IMG/VR virus record: IMGVR_UViG_3300044675_006217
Direction: 5' to 3' (one strand)
Source: an uncultured virus (IMG/VR IMGVR_UViG_3300044675_006217)
Lineage: Duplodnaviria > Heunggongvirae > Uroviricota > Caudoviricetes
Length of the DNA stretch: 59,594 nucleotides
Made by a program: the position numbers and the translations under genes. The notes beneath the pieces were generated by a model, which ran no database searches, was not told where the DNA came from, and saw nothing but the letters and a program-made list of their open reading frames with translations. This document shows, one piece after another, positions 9,838-19,298 of this stretch (position 1 is the first letter of the stretch; each line of letters opens with the position of its first letter).

Positions 9838-10624
9838 ATCTTCAAACCCGATTAACCAAGACGAAATTCAACTTTATTTAAAAGACATTCGAAAGTTAAA
9901 AGTAATGACACCTGAAAGGGAAAAAATCCTTTCAAAAATGATTACAGATGAAAACTGTACTGAAAGAGAAAAAGAGTTAATCTATAAAGAACTTTTAGAG
10001 GGCAACTTACGTTTTGTTATTACCGTTGCAAAACAATATCAAAATCAAGGTATTGACCTATCAGACTTAATTGCTGAAGGAAATTATGGACTGTTAAAGG
10101 CCATTAAGAATTTTGATTGGACCAAGAACAACCGTTTTATTTCTTATGCTGTTTGGTGGATTAAACAATCAATCCTTCAATCACTAAATGATAATTCAAG
10201 AACAATCAGACTCCCGGTTAATGTTGTTCAAGATATGCAAAAAGAAAAAAAGGTTTTGGAAAAAACTAACGGGGAATTATCCGCAAAGTTTGCACAACTT
10301 CCAAAAATTGTTGATTTGGATATGCACATCAATGAAGACGGAGACACATTAATTGATGTAATAAAAAATGAAAATATCGTTTCACCTGATGAAATGTTTT
10401 CAACAAAGGACACTCTCAAACTTAAAATGATGGAAATTATGTCAGTATTGGATGAGCGTGAAAAAGTAATTATTGAGGATTACTACGGTATTACCGGCAC
10501 ACCTCGTACTTTGGAAGATATTGGTACAGATTTTGGTCTTACAAAAGAAAGAGTTCGTCAAATCAAAGAAAAGGCTCTTCGTAAACTACGAAACGAATGT
10601 TCAGATTTATTTGAATATTTATGA
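9809..10624 (+). CDS. RNA polymerase sigma70-family factor (RpoD/RpoS-like)
   Basis: YLKDI (region 1.2), NLRFVITVAKQY and DLIAEGNYGL (2.1/2.2), RFISYAVWWIKQSI, RTIRLP, TLEDIG..FGLTKERVRQI..KALRKLR (region 4). Confidence 0.95.
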   Translation: MEREKTEEIKSSNPINQDEIQLYLKDIRKLKVMTPEREKILSKMITDENCTEREKELIYKELLEGNLRFVITVAKQYQNQGIDLSDLIAEGNYGLLKAIKNFDWTKNNRFISYAVWWIKQSILQSLNDNSRTIRLPVNVVQDMQKEKKVLEKTNGELSAKFAQLPKIVDLDMHINEDGDTLIDVIKNENIVSPDEMFSTKDTLKLKMMEIMSVLDEREKVIIEDYYGITGTPRTLEDIGTDFGLTKERVRQIKEKALRKLRNECSDLFEYL

Positions 10625-10631
10625 TAAAAGT

Positions 10632-10662
10632 TTTGGCAGTTTAAAAAAAACACTTATCTTTG
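10632..10662 (+). promoter_or_regulatory. Bacteroidota-type housekeeping promoter
   Basis: TTTG (10632), N19, TATCTTTG (10655). Confidence 0.65.
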
Positions 10663-10669
10663 TATAACA

Positions 10670-10780
10670 AACAATGAGACATGTATCAGTGTTTGTCGGG
10701 AAGCTTACTCCTGGGGTCGTAAGTCGTCGTGACACCGCGGTTAGTGTGTCGGGTTTAAAATCCTCTAATCGGTACGGGAA
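10670..10780 (+). ncRNA. putative small structured RNA
   Basis: GC-rich island between a promoter and a terminator; stems GCTTAC/GTAAGT, GACAC/GTGTC and GTATC/GGTAC. Confidence 0.45.
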
Positions 10781-10784
10781 AATT

Positions 10785-10814
10785 AAAAAGGGTGGGATTT
10801 TTCTCACCCTTTTT
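10785..10814 (+). terminator. intrinsic terminator
   Basis: AAAAAGGGTGGGA-tttt-TCTCACCCTTTTT. Confidence 0.8.
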
Positions 10815-10827
10815 GTATTTATATGAT

Positions 10828-11367
10828 ATGAATTTATTATCCGTATTAAAAAATATCATCATAGTTGAATCTAAAAAAGAAAAAGATAGAGGTACGGTTT
10901 TATTTTCTAAAATCATAGATAATAAATTGATACAATTAAAATCAACTTACCACCAAAGAAAAGAAAGGTTTGGTAAAGAAAGTTATGATAGTTTAGTTGA
11001 TATGTATAACGACCACCTTGCAACTAGACGCTCAAAATACGTACAACCACCAAGAATAGCAGTTCCTGACTCCATGATAAAAAAATTGTTTGAAAATAGT
11101 TTAGAAAAAATTTATAATTCATTCGAAACTGAAAAACCTGAAAATAATCAAATTATTTTTGTTAAAAAAAGAAAGGATAATGAAGACGACAAGCATTTTA
11201 ATTATGTTGAAATTTTACTAAATAAAGATGGTAATTTTTTCAATATAATAACATCTGCATTTTCAAATGATGGTCAGTTTTTAAAGACTGATGTTGAAGA
11301 AAAAAAATCAAAAAGAGTTACAATAGAAGGAATAAAAAACAATAACATATTAGTTATTTACTTATAG
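10828..11367 (+). CDS. hypothetical protein (late-type leader)
   Basis: ATG lies just after TATTTATA; MNLLSVLKNIIIVE leader. Confidence 0.65.
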   Translation: MNLLSVLKNIIIVESKKEKDRGTVLFSKIIDNKLIQLKSTYHQRKERFGKESYDSLVDMYNDHLATRRSKYVQPPRIAVPDSMIKKLFENSLEKIYNSFETEKPENNQIIFVKKRKDNEDDKHFNYVEILLNKDGNFFNIITSAFSNDGQFLKTDVEEKKSKRVTIEGIKNNNILVIYL

Positions 11368-11493
11368 GGTTGAACCGAGATTACCCTTACAACTCGGCGG
11401 AATGGGACACGAAGGACCCTGGGTGAGAATCCTCAATTCTATCTATACGGTAGAATGAAACTACACTCCCTCATCGGCGCCGGTGAGGGTTTT
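11362..11493 (+). ncRNA. putative structured RNA ending in a terminator
   Basis: Crossing helices AGGGT/ACCCT and CCGAG/CTCGG, hairpin ATTCTA/TAGAAT, terminal CCCTCATCGG/CCGGTGAGGG-TTTT. Confidence 0.45.
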
Positions 11494-11529
11494 ATTTATC
11501 TTTAATATTTATCTGTTATAGTTATTAAT

Positions 11530-12642
11530 ATGAAAGAAAAATTACTACCTTGGTTTTTGTTGTTTTGTGCTCTCGGATTATCAGGGACTGCTGCGTATTA
11601 TAGTGTTGTTGGTTTATCCGTTGTGTTTGTTGGAGTCGCTTTACCTGTAATAATAATGGGTGGGTTTTTAGAATTATCAAAAATTGCCATCGCAACATAT
11701 CTCCACGACAAGTGGAAAGAAACTTACGGAGTATTAAAATTATATATGACTGTTGCTCTTGTGACTTTATCTCTTATTACGTCATTGGGGATATATGGAC
11801 TTTTAAGTACAGGGTTTTCAACTAACATTGCAAAACTTGAAATTGGTCAGAAGGAAGTAAAAAACATTGAAGTAAAAAAACAAAGATTTGAGGAAATTAA
11901 AAACGAGTATCAAAAAGAAAAACAAATATTAGATAAAGACATCTCAAAATTAAGAAACGCCTTATCGACTAACACTACAACTCAAAGCGTAGATAGACAA
12001 ACAGGCCAGGTTGTAACAAGAGCAAATAATGCGAATCGTAAATCATTTGAATTACAATTAGGATTGGCGATTGAAAATCGTGACAAAATGTCAGGTAAAG
12101 TGGACGCTCTTAATGACAGTATTACCGCATTAGATATAAAAGTACTTGAATTAGAATCAAAAGAGATTTCAGGTAATGAACTTGGGACCATAAAATATAT
12201 CAGTGAACTTACCGGGTGGAGTGTTAAAAAAACCGCAAACATATTCATATTAATTTTAATTTTTGTGTTTGACCCTTTAGCCATTACATTAGTTATTGCA
12301 ACAAACCAAGCATTCAAAAATAATAGAAAAGATGAGGAAGATGATTCCCTAAAACAGAAAGTCACCCCCCAAGTTACCCCTCAAGTCACCCCCCAAGTTA
12401 CCCCTCAAGTCGCCCCTCAAGTCACCCCCCAAGTTACCCACGAACTTCCCCATGAACTTCCCCACCAAGTTGAAGAGGAAGTCAATGTCCCTGATAATTT
12501 ATTAGACATTACTGAACCAGTAGTAGAAGAAACACCTGAAGAAATTATTAGTAATAATACAGAAGAAACTCAAACAATAACAAATAGAAGACTTTCATAC
12601 ACTAAGAATGATACAGGTAATTTCAAAATTAATAGAATCTGA
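11530..12642 (+). CDS. multi-TM coiled-coil membrane protein
   Basis: Three N-terminal TM helices (AAYYSVVGL, LELSKI), a coiled coil, IFVFDPLAI TM and a PQVT-repeat tail. Confidence 0.75.
   Translation: MKEKLLPWFLLFCALGLSGTAAYYSVVGLSVVFVGVALPVIIMGGFLELSKIAIATYLHDKWKETYGVLKLYMTVALVTLSLITSLGIYGLLSTGFSTNIAKLEIGQKEVKNIEVKKQRFEEIKNEYQKEKQILDKDISKLRNALSTNTTTQSVDRQTGQVVTRANNANRKSFELQLGLAIENRDKMSGKVDALNDSITALDIKVLELESKEISGNELGTIKYISELTGWSVKKTANIFILILIFVFDPLAITLVIATNQAFKNNRKDEEDDSLKQKVTPQVTPQVTPQVTPQVAPQVTPQVTHELPHELPHQVEEEVNVPDNLLDITEPVVEETPEEIISNNTEETQTITNRRLSYTKNDTGNFKINRI
12361..12470 (+). repeat. 12-bp tandem coding repeat (VTPQ, then ELPH)
   Basis: GT(C/T)ACCCC(C/T)CAA units in tandem without spacers. 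Confidence 0.9.
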
Positions 12643-13216
12643 AGTTCTGTCTCGTAACGACAAAAAAAGTCAAATAATTTTGGCCGATACTAAAAGGCCT
12701 TATAGATTTTATATACAATCATTATTACACAGGTACAATCAAAATAACCCACATATACCTAATTATTTAATTAATAAAAGTGGTGAAATATTTATGATTT
12801 CAGAACCTAATATGTATTCAAATTACATAGGTGATGAGTCGGTTGACAAAAACTCCATAACTATTGTTTTAGAGAATTTAACTTGGTTAAAAAAAATACC
12901 AATAGAAACAAACTATTTAAATTGGATAGGTGATATTTATAAAGAGAAAGTTTTTGAAAAAAAATGGAGAGAACAATTTTTTTGGGACCCATATACTCAA
13001 AAACAAATTGAAAGTTTGGTTTTTTTAACACATGAGTTGTGTGAAAAGTTTAACATCGATAAAAAGACAACAAAAACAAATGTCAAATTATCGGGAGTTG
13101 AAAACTTTAACGGAGTTGCAACAAAAAGCAATTACAATTCGAACTGTAGAGATATAAACCCATCTTTCAATTTTAACAATTTTGAAAAATTATTAGAAGA
13201 ATATGAACCAGTATGA
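12608..13216 (+). CDS. Amidase_2 (T7 lysozyme/PGRP-fold) homolog, apparently lacking Zn ligands
   Basis: QIILADT, NYLINKSGEI, SITIVLEN, YTQKQIESL..L and DINPSFNF follow the amidase_2 layout. Confidence 0.6.
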   Translation: MIQVISKLIESEVLSRNDKKSQIILADTKRPYRFYIQSLLHRYNQNNPHIPNYLINKSGEIFMISEPNMYSNYIGDESVDKNSITIVLENLTWLKKIPIETNYLNWIGDIYKEKVFEKKWREQFFWDPYTQKQIESLVFLTHELCEKFNIDKKTTKTNVKLSGVENFNGVATKSNYNSNCRDINPSFNFNNFEKLLEEYEPV

Positions 13217-13748
13217 TGAAATAAAAATGTTGTTGAAAAGGTCTAGACTTTTGCAAGAACAAGTAGGGCCAATTAATATGGCAAAAAGTATTGAAGACAA
13301 CATCGAACAAGATGAAGAACAAGAAACTGATGTGGATGTTGATAAAGTAAAAAAAGACAAAAGTAAAACTTATCGTATATCGGGGGGTCTTTTAACTCTT
13401 CACGGTAAAGATAAAAAAGAGTTGGAATTAACAAACGACGAAAAACAATCTTATCAAGAAACCATGGAAGAATTTGTTAATGAAGTATCTGACCTTTCAG
13501 ACTTTGGAGTACTAAATGTTTATAGTAATTCAGTTCAATGGAGTGGTAAGATAGTTGATGCTGACGTTGAGTTTTTCTATTCTATTGGTGAAAACAACGG
13601 TGTATATATAAATGGTGATATGATTAAATTGGACCAAGAGCTTGTTGATTTGACAAACAAATTAAAATCTTTTTTTGAAAAATTTAAAAGCAAATGGGCA
13701 AAAATAATTTCAGTTAGGAAAAAAACTAAATTTACAGAAGAAGAATAA
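13203..13748 (+). CDS. hypothetical protein
   Basis: Operon-packed ORF with RLLQEQ leader. Confidence 0.65.
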   Translation: MNQYDEIKMLLKRSRLLQEQVGPINMAKSIEDNIEQDEEQETDVDVDKVKKDKSKTYRISGGLLTLHGKDKKELELTNDEKQSYQETMEEFVNEVSDLSDFGVLNVYSNSVQWSGKIVDADVEFFYSIGENNGVYINGDMIKLDQELVDLTNKLKSFFEKFKSKWAKIISVRKKTKFTEEE

Positions 13749-13749
13749 T

Positions 13750-14100
13750 ATGGAATTTTTAAAAAAATATTGGCAAAAAATTTTAATAGGTGTTGGTGTA
13801 TTTGCCATCATTTATCTTTTAATACTGATTTTAACAAAAAAACCAGAAATGTCTGAGTTGGATAAATATAAATTGGAGCAATTGGATAAACACATCGGAG
13901 AACTAAAAAACCTTCAAAAAAGTTTAAATGATTCAATCAATTCTTATAATCAAAAAGTAAAAGATATTGATAAAAAAATATCAAATATAAAAATAGAAAA
14001 AAAGGAAGTTAATAACTACTACACTCAAAAAAAAGAAGAGATAAAAAACGCAGACAAAAAACAAGTAGATAGTTTGCTTAGAAAAAGATATAATTTTTAA
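13750..14100 (+). CDS. N-terminally anchored coiled-coil protein (possible spanin-like)
   Basis: Single N-terminal TM plus coiled coil, downstream of the amidase-like gene. Confidence 0.5.
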   Translation: MEFLKKYWQKILIGVGVFAIIYLLILILTKKPEMSELDKYKLEQLDKHIGELKNLQKSLNDSINSYNQKVKDIDKKISNIKIEKKEVNNYYTQKKEEIKNADKKQVDSLLRKRYNF

Positions 14101-14101
14101 G

Positions 14102-14515
14102 ATGAATAGAATAACAATTTTACTATTAATTCTTTTTATTGGGTTTAATAGTTTCGCTCAAAAACCAAAACCTCAAGATACTTCAGAAATATGTATACCT
14201 TATGGGGTTGCACAAAAAATGTTATTGGATTTAAATGACTATGATAGATTAAAAGAAATAAATAAACTTAACGAAAAACAAATCATACAACTTAACGACA
14301 AGGTTTTTTATATGGAAAAATTAATTTCAAGTTGGCAGAAGTTAGACTCCACAAACAAAATATTGGTTTCAAATACCGAACAAAAGTTTAAAATAATGTC
14401 AGACGAAAACGAAAGGTTAAGAAAAGAATTTAAAAAACATAAAGTAAAAAGTGCATTCATACAGGTAGTTGGAGGTTCTATAATACTAACATTAACAGGA
14501 CTATTAATTTTTTAA
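14102..14515 (+). CDS. signal-peptide coiled-coil protein with C-terminal TM (possible spanin-like)
   Basis: FNSFA-Q signal peptide, coiled coil, hydrophobic C-terminus. Confidence 0.5.
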   Translation: MNRITILLLILFIGFNSFAQKPKPQDTSEICIPYGVAQKMLLDLNDYDRLKEINKLNEKQIIQLNDKVFYMEKLISSWQKLDSTNKILVSNTEQKFKIMSDENERLRKEFKKHKVKSAFIQVVGGSIILTLTGLLIF

Positions 14516-14517
14516 TC

Positions 14518-14769
14518 ATGCCGTTTTCACAATCAGATAAAAAAGAAATAGAAAAAATTGTTAAAAGTGAAATCAAAAGTTTTTTCAATTCTAGTACCCT
14601 AAAACAATTTGAAAATCAAATGATTGATTTGATAAGAAAAGAAATTAGAAATGGAAAAATAAAAGGGGACATTACTGATTATATTACAAAGGCATTTACC
14701 GAATTTTACTATGAGATGTATAGACAAAAACATATGTGGACCAGCACATTTAAAAATTTAAAAATATAA
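14518..14769 (+). CDS. hypothetical protein
   Basis: Operon-packed ORF. Confidence 0.6.
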   Translation: MPFSQSDKKEIEKIVKSEIKSFFNSSTLKQFENQMIDLIRKEIRNGKIKGDITDYITKAFTEFYYEMYRQKHMWTSTFKNLKI

Positions 14770-14773
14770 GTAA

Positions 14774-15346
14774 GTGAAAAATATAGACCACCAAAAGTTA
14801 ATAGAAAACGCACTAAGAGAGTTGATAGAAGAAAAATCTTCAACAATTAGTAGACCAATATTTAGTTTGTTTTCTAAAGATACTGAAGCAAAAAAAGAAT
14901 ACAAAAAAACAAAAAAAGAAACCAAAGAAGGTATGGGAGCGGCATCGGCAGGAAGTTTTGCCCCCGCTTTGAATTTCAACGAAGAGGAAGATGTTGAAAA
15001 AATAGAAGCAACTGAAGCAACTGGTTCGGCGTCTTCAGGTTCATATGAAGGGGCATCTTTTTTGGCTAAAAACTTAAATAGTTGGGGACCGTCTAAAAAA
15101 ACACAATTACCTGGTGGGTTATTTGTAAAACCAAAAGAAAAATGTAAAACTTTCCCTTATTGTAATCAGGGAGATATAAACGCTTTAGAATTTGGTAAAA
15201 CGGGTGGTTTTAATACTAAATTAACAAAGTCAACTCCTAAAAAAACTAAGAAAAAATCAAAATTAAAAGAGGCTATTGAGAACGTATCATATAGAACTGG
15301 ATTAAGTGAATCTGAAATTCTAAAAATTCTTATAGACTATATTTAA
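14774..15346 (+). CDS. hypothetical (putative virion) protein
   Basis: Repeated E-x-x-G-(A/S)-A-S-(A/S)-G-S-(F/Y) motifs; CKTFPYC. Confidence 0.6.
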   Translation: MKNIDHQKLIENALRELIEEKSSTISRPIFSLFSKDTEAKKEYKKTKKETKEGMGAASAGSFAPALNFNEEEDVEKIEATEATGSASSGSYEGASFLAKNLNSWGPSKKTQLPGGLFVKPKEKCKTFPYCNQGDINALEFGKTGGFNTKLTKSTPKKTKKKSKLKEAIENVSYRTGLSESEILKILIDYI

Positions 15347-15375
15347 GTTTTCCATTAAAGGTAATATTTATTATT

Positions 15376-16944
15376 ATGGAAAATTACATAAAAAACATAA
15401 CAAAAAGAATTATATCTGAAGAGATAGATAATAGAATTTTTGACATAGAAAATAAAATATTTGAAAATAAAAATATGAAAGAAGAAATGTGTGAACAATG
15501 TGGTGGTAAAATGTATGAAGGTGAAACATGCGAACAGTGTGGTACATATGAAGGTAATATAAATGAATTAGGAGGTATGGATGATTCTCATCCTTTTTTT
15601 GGGGGTAAAAATTTACGAGATATACCAAAAAAAGATATAGAAAGATTTTTTAGAAACAGAGAGGAAGACGAAGATTTAGAAAATACATTTTCATTTGAAG
15701 ATGACGATATGCCAAACATAAGAAGAATGAAACATCATATGAAAAATAAAGATAGAGAACTTGGACAATCATTTGAAGAAGAAGATGAATTTTATTTAGA
15801 TGAAGAATATGATGGATTTACAGATGGTAGACGGAAAATAGATAAGGCGAAACCATTTGGTAAAATTACAGGTGCAGACTTTAAAGCACTTCGTTCTATG
15901 AAAAAAGAAGTGGAAGAAACTTTATATGAGTTGGATTTAGAAGAAGAAGATGTTGAAGAAGGAAATGCTTTTTCAGGTGCATTATCAGCAGCAAGAGAAA
16001 GAGGAGATAAAACTTTTAGAGTCGGAAACAAAACTTACCCCGTTGAAGAGTCATACATAACTGAAAAATGGAAAGGAGATGTTGAAGTTAAAAGTACTGG
16101 TGAGTATGCAGATATGACAATTGATGAGATAGACACCGAAATTAAAAAAATTAAGAAAAGAAATTCAGAATTAAAAAGATTAGGTAAAAAAGTACCAAGC
16201 TCAAGTCGAGAAAAAATGGGACAATTATACTTTGCTAAGAGAGCAAAAAAAGATTGGCCAGGTAAAGGAAAGGCAAAAGTTGAAGAGTCAAGATTGATTT
16301 TTACAGAAAATGAAATGATAAGTTTAATTGAGAATATTGTTTTAGAAGAAAAAAGAAAAAAAGCAACTAAATCTGATACATATTTGAAATCATCATTAGG
16401 TCAATCTAAAAAACAAGAAGAGGACTATATTGATAGTGTTGTTAAAAAAATGAAATCTTATTTAAAAACAGGTTCTAAAGGTAAATACGAAATGTCACCA
16501 AAGAATTTTCCCAAAGGGAATGGAGAACTTGAAAAAATGGATAAAATGGCTTACGTACCATCTAAGGCGGTTGATGAATATATAACTAACTTCACAGCGG
16601 CAAGTTTAGAGAACTTAGATTACGACACTTTTGAACCAAATGAAGAAAGAGTATCTAAATATGTAAAAGGTTCATCAGAAACAGGTAATAACCCAAAATG
16701 GGCAAATGCAGTAGAAACTCCTGTGAACGCAAAAAGAGATGAAGTAAGAAAAAATAATTATTTGTCAAAATTAAAAAAGAAGGCATATAACAAAGCACCT
16801 CAACCTGTCGTTACTGACAAGAGCGGGTCTGAGTCAGGTGCTGACAAAATTATGATGAAGTTAGAATCCACTGACAAACAAAATGTTTTGACCGAAATGG
16901 AAAAAATGAAAAGTTTAATTGGTTATGATAGAAAAACACAATAA
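15376..16944 (+). CDS. putative head-internal/virion protein
   Basis: TATTTAT upstream; KRIISEE leader; two CEQCG motifs; many acidic L/I-x-E sites; KITGADFKALR and GNAFSGAL motifs. Confidence 0.55.
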   Translation: MENYIKNITKRIISEEIDNRIFDIENKIFENKNMKEEMCEQCGGKMYEGETCEQCGTYEGNINELGGMDDSHPFFGGKNLRDIPKKDIERFFRNREEDEDLENTFSFEDDDMPNIRRMKHHMKNKDRELGQSFEEEDEFYLDEEYDGFTDGRRKIDKAKPFGKITGADFKALRSMKKEVEETLYELDLEEEDVEEGNAFSGALSAARERGDKTFRVGNKTYPVEESYITEKWKGDVEVKSTGEYADMTIDEIDTEIKKIKKRNSELKRLGKKVPSSSREKMGQLYFAKRAKKDWPGKGKAKVEESRLIFTENEMISLIENIVLEEKRKKATKSDTYLKSSLGQSKKQEEDYIDSVVKKMKSYLKTGSKGKYEMSPKNFPKGNGELEKMDKMAYVPSKAVDEYITNFTAASLENLDYDTFEPNEERVSKYVKGSSETGNNPKWANAVETPVNAKRDEVRKNNYLSKLKKKAYNKAPQPVVTDKSGSESGADKIMMKLESTDKQNVLTEMEKMKSLIGYDRKTQ

Positions 16945-16984
16945 TTAAAATTCATTTCTAATAAAATTATACTATATTTTCCCC

Positions 16985-17479
16985 ATGTCTATTAGTAATA
17001 ACATGGGGAATTTTTTTGATTGGTTGGCAAAACCTATGGAAAAAGAAGATATTGTTGCTTGGTATTTAGCAAACAATATTATACCAGAATACACAGAACT
17101 ATTTAGAGACTTTTGTTTTTCCTTTTATGGTTTAATAAAAATGACATATTTAGGTGAGGAAGACATTGATTCGTTAGAAACCAAAACTGGAATGACGGAA
17201 CAACAAAAAAAAGAACATTTTGTTTGGTGTCTAAATAAAACAATCGAGAATTTTAAAAAAGAAAATATAGAATTTGATATTAATCAAAATGATATTTTAT
17301 TCTTTGAGAATTTCTTTTTTGATACGTTTTATAACCAAAACGATAAAAAAATAAAAGAAACGGTAGATAAATTTTTTAATCATATGTTTGATTTAGAAAC
17401 ACCAAAAAGTAAATCAGACGTAGAAATTTTTACCGAAATTTATAAGATGTTAGAAAGGTCTGTAAAACTGATTGATTAG
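16985..17479 (+). CDS. hypothetical protein
   Basis: 164-aa ORF. Confidence 0.65.
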   Translation: MSISNNMGNFFDWLAKPMEKEDIVAWYLANNIIPEYTELFRDFCFSFYGLIKMTYLGEEDIDSLETKTGMTEQQKKEHFVWCLNKTIENFKKENIEFDINQNDILFFENFFFDTFYNQNDKKIKETVDKFFNHMFDLETPKSKSDVEIFTEIYKMLERSVKLID

Positions 17480-17538
17480 TCTTTACATTACAAACCACGT
17501 ATTTAAATTAAAAAAAATAAATGTATAAAAATTTTTAA

Positions 17539-17721
17539 ATGGAAACTTTAGAACAAATCAAAACATTAATTGAAGAACTTTCAGTTGATACAACCAAATT
17601 TTATGGAGGTAATAAGTCTGCAGGTACTAGAGCTAGAAAAACTTGCCAACAATTAAAAAGTTTAACACAACAGTTAAGAACTGAAATTTTGAACCACAGT
17701 AAAGAAGAAAAAAATGATTAA
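17539..17721 (+). CDS. Hc1/histone-H1-like small DNA-binding protein
   Basis: KFYGGNKSAGTRARK motif typical of Bacteroidota Hc1-like proteins. Confidence 0.75.
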   Translation: METLEQIKTLIEELSVDTTKFYGGNKSAGTRARKTCQQLKSLTQQLRTEILNHSKEEKND

Positions 17722-17896
17722 TTATCTATTACTTTTTTGTTTTATTTTCTCTATATTATTACTAACAAAGTTTATATTTAGTTTCGTAAGGTCAGTATAT
17801 TCAAATCCACCAGCACCTTATGAATTTGAAAAATATGAACAACTATATTATGGTATTGCAATATCATATGTATTAACTTATTTAATTATGGTATAA
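17714..17896 (+). CDS. small 2-TM membrane protein
   Basis: Two hydrophobic segments. Confidence 0.6.
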   Translation: MINYLLLFCFIFSILLLTKFIFSFVRSVYSNPPAPYEFEKYEQLYYGIAISYVLTYLIMV

Positions 17897-18360
17897 TGGT
17901 TTATAGTGAATTTATTAACAAAACGTCAACTTATCTTAACTCTGTTAGAATTTTAAAAAATTATGTAACTTTTGATATGATTTTCCCATCGACATGGTCG
18001 ACTCTTAAAAGAGCTCCTGAAGGAATTGAAATATTACAAAATCAAAATAATGATAATAGAACTATCACATCTTTTGTTTGTGAAAACAATCCATCGTTAA
18101 TCGATATTGTTGAAAAAACAATCGATGCTGTAATATCAACTAATTTAGAAAGAGAAGAAAAAGAAAGACTATTTAAGTTGAAAGTTTCAGAATTGAAAGG
18201 TATATTTGAAAATGGGGATATAGATACTTTAAGAACATTAAAGTTTGACACAAATGAATTAACAAGTTTAAATACTAATGGAGCCAAACAAAAACTTACA
18301 CCCACTTCTGAGGGAAATGGAGTCCTTGAAGGAGGAAGTAAAAAAATCAAACAAGATTAA
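17896..18360 (+). CDS. hypothetical protein
   Basis: Translationally coupled (TAATG). Confidence 0.65.
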   Translation: MVYSEFINKTSTYLNSVRILKNYVTFDMIFPSTWSTLKRAPEGIEILQNQNNDNRTITSFVCENNPSLIDIVEKTIDAVISTNLEREEKERLFKLKVSELKGIFENGDIDTLRTLKFDTNELTSLNTNGAKQKLTPTSEGNGVLEGGSKKIKQD

Positions 18361-18490
18361 CGAAGAAGAGAAAAAAAAGTTTTCTTCTGAAATAAAAATG
18401 TTTAAACCTTCAGATATAAGAAATACAATATTTGAAGAAGAAAAAATGAATTTATGGCAGAGAATCAAGAGAGTTTTAGGGGTGATTTAG
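18278..18490 (+). CDS. hypothetical protein
   Basis: 70-aa ORF ending LWQRIKRVLG. Confidence 0.5.
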   Translation: MEPNKNLHPLLREMESLKEEVKKSNKINEEEKKKFSSEIKMFKPSDIRNTIFEEEKMNLWQRIKRVLGVI

Positions 18491-18675
18491 AAAAACTGGC
18501 TCAAATTTCAGATTTACTTGAAAGTTCATTTATCAAAAATGAAAAAGTTGAATTAAAGGTGTCTTTGGATGAAGGCACCTTTTCTAATCTATTACAACAT
18601 CTGATGTTGAATCAAAATGAAAAAAAATGCACGATACAAATTTCAAACGTTGAATTTACCTTTTTGAGAAAGTAG
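18454..18675 (+). CDS. hypothetical protein
   Basis: 73-aa ORF. Confidence 0.5.
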   Translation: MAENQESFRGDLEKLAQISDLLESSFIKNEKVELKVSLDEGTFSNLLQHLMLNQNEKKCTIQISNVEFTFLRK

Positions 18676-19297
18676 TTTTTTGTCTGTATAAATTTTTCTT
18701 ATCAAAACCCATCTCTTCTAAAACGCTGTAAATCCATTTTCTTTGTGCGTTTGATACATCCCTAACAATAATAGCATCCATCCTTGAATTTTCATAAAAG
18801 TGTTTTTCTAAAATATTTAAAAACCTAAAAGACTCATCAATGTCTTTCAATGAAAATAGACTTATAGTTTCATTTATCTGTATACATATTTTGTTGTTTA
18901 ATGAAAAGATGTTTTTCAACTCATTATTACTACAGTACTTCTTTAAAAACTCTGAAAAACTGATTTTGTCTTTAAGTTGATAATCATATATCTTTTCTTC
19001 CACATTGTACTTTTCAATATCAATAAAAACGTATTCTTTATCTTGTAAGTTTGCAACATGATTTCTACCTAAATCATCAACAAAATGTAAAGTATTTTGA
19101 ACATTGGATTGATTTGTTAGTAAACCAATGTGGTAATTAACTGGTGTTGCATTTTCTATTTTCTTATCAAAAACTATTTCTTTATTTTGTTTTACAAGTT
19201 TTTTAAAAAAAGATATGGCGTTTTTTTCTGTAGAATAACGTTTGATAATTTTTCTTTTTTTCCTATTCTTAAAAAGAACTATTATATAATTTGACAT
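18656..19297 (-). CDS. hypothetical protein
   Basis: 213-aa ORF, divergent from dnaJ. Confidence 0.7.
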   Translation of the reverse strand: MSNYIIVLFKNRKKRKIIKRYSTEKNAISFFKKLVKQNKEIVFDKKIENATPVNYHIGLLTNQSNVQNTLHFVDDLGRNHVANLQDKEYVFIDIEKYNVEEKIYDYQLKDKISFSEFLKKYCSNNELKNIFSLNNKICIQINETISLFSLKDIDESFRFLNILEKHFYENSRMDAIIVRDVSNAQRKWIYSVLEEMGFDKKNLYRQKTTFSKR

Positions 19298-19298
19298 T

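Noticed and set aside
11393..11412. CTCGGCGGAATGGGAC resembles the 3' end of the HDV ribozyme
   Set aside because: No upstream GTCCCA partner for P2 and no P1/P3/P1.1 arrangement could be found.
12361..12470. VTPQ repeat as a CRISPR or regulatory array
   Set aside because: It is a simple 12-bp tandem coding repeat with no spacers.
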